DNA of 64,000 nucleotides from Takakia lepidozioides (Eukaryota; Plantae; Bryophyta): the NCBI GenBank assembly GCA_030704615.1, contig CM060734.1, positions 44,144,001-44,208,000 of the forward strand. The letters are read 5' to 3'. Positions 63,021-64,000 of this stretch are shown here, one piece after another. Position 1 is the stretch's first letter, and every line of letters begins with the position of its first letter. The notes below the pieces were generated by a model. It saw only the letters and a program-made list of their open reading frames with translations, ran no database searches and was not told where the DNA came from. The position numbers were made by a program, and so were the translations under genes.

Positions 63021-63567
63021 ACATTTGTGAAGAACCACACATCAGTGCTTCTGTTACTGCCTTGTCCATGCCGCCTCCTGCCAAACAAATACGGAATCCC
63101 CGAACTGCATGAATAATGGTTTTTGCCTTACGGTGAATTGGTTGGTAATGCCAAAATTTAGTCGGACCAGACCTTTTATTCAGGCCCTCACAAGTTGGGA
63201 AAACACATGTACCGTACATGATCCACCTACCATGCACACAACTGAACCACACCATTACATAGAAATGGTATGTAAAGATTTGCATAAATTCAGCATTGTT
63301 CAATGTTTGGTAATAGAAACAAGAAGAAGCTGATTATTAGTAAGAAGTTGTTCATTTGTGGCTCTGGCTGTGGTCCTTATACAATAACATGATGGGAATT
63401 GTACCATGTAAATGGAAGAAACGAGGGGTTGATTGCGGTGTTGAACTCACAATATGTCCTCCATGGCCTTATGCAAGCTGCGGACATAAAACGTGGACAA
63501 GAGCATTAGTTTGTTGCAATGAATGGATGTCCTTGACAGAATTAAGTCCACACATCAAAGAGCAAAA

Positions 63568-63936
63568 TCAGGTGATGTAAATGAGGAAAGAATTAGCACA
63601 TGATATATGGTGGTTTTGCATTTCCGCCCCAACTCTTCTGTTCTTCAGTTTCCTATTTACTTCACGACAACCATTAATCCTGTGAACATTCAGTTTTTTC
63701 TTATCTTTGTAAATAATGTGGCAGTAGATACATTTGTATGGTTTCCTGTGGTGATCACCAGGTTCTTGAACGCGGGCCTTGGAGCGCACCTCGCAAATGA
63801 GGTCGTCCCACTCGCCAGTATCATATCCCTCATGGTATTGGCGCCTATTCTCTGTCATTGTGCTTCGCTTCACCATAGTGATGAGGTAATGAGGTCTGCA
63901 AAATGCAAATGCAAAAGAATGGCGGTCATTACACAC
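63568..63936 (-). other. Exon with a C2H2/C2HC-like zinc finger, possibly the N-terminus of the Ulp1-like gene
   Basis: KPYKCIYCHIIYKDKKKLNVHRINGC. Confidence 0.5.
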
Positions 63937-64000
63937 ACCTGTTACAACCCATATGTCCTCACAAAGCCAAATACATGGAGTTTGAATCCACGAACCCTAG

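Overview
Eukaryotic, almost certainly land-plant nuclear DNA (probably a seed-free lineage; this is inference). The window is a heavily rearranged array of PLS-class PPR / PPR-DYW RNA-editing-factor genes and fragments, invaded by transposons and peppered with host-gene pieces. Highlight: two copies of a Ty3/Gypsy LTR retrotransposon (about 1-9055 and 16758-21138) whose pol carries a DNMT3-like C5-cytosine DNA methyltransferase between protease and RT; copy A also ends in a PHD finger. Other elements: a structurally complete second Gypsy element (34230-47473; two LTRs, PBS, PPT, CGTTC target-site duplication, extra ORFs on both sides of gag-pol), a 5'-truncated L1-type LINE with TSD, a 119-bp structured retroposon with TSD, a GACGA/CTAG-hairpin repeat family resembling rolling-circle (Helitron/Helentron) ends, a possible gp2.5-like ssDNA-binding ORF, and a MULE-type transposase facing a Ulp1-like protease. 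Host-gene fragments resemble a USP protein, GDP-mannose pyrophosphorylase-alpha (KONJAC-like), UVSSA, and an intronless cullin-1. Many frameshifts lie in homopolymers and may be consensus errors, so 'pseudogene' calls are provisional. All protein assignments come from motif recognition by eye, with no database search, and many boundaries are approximate.
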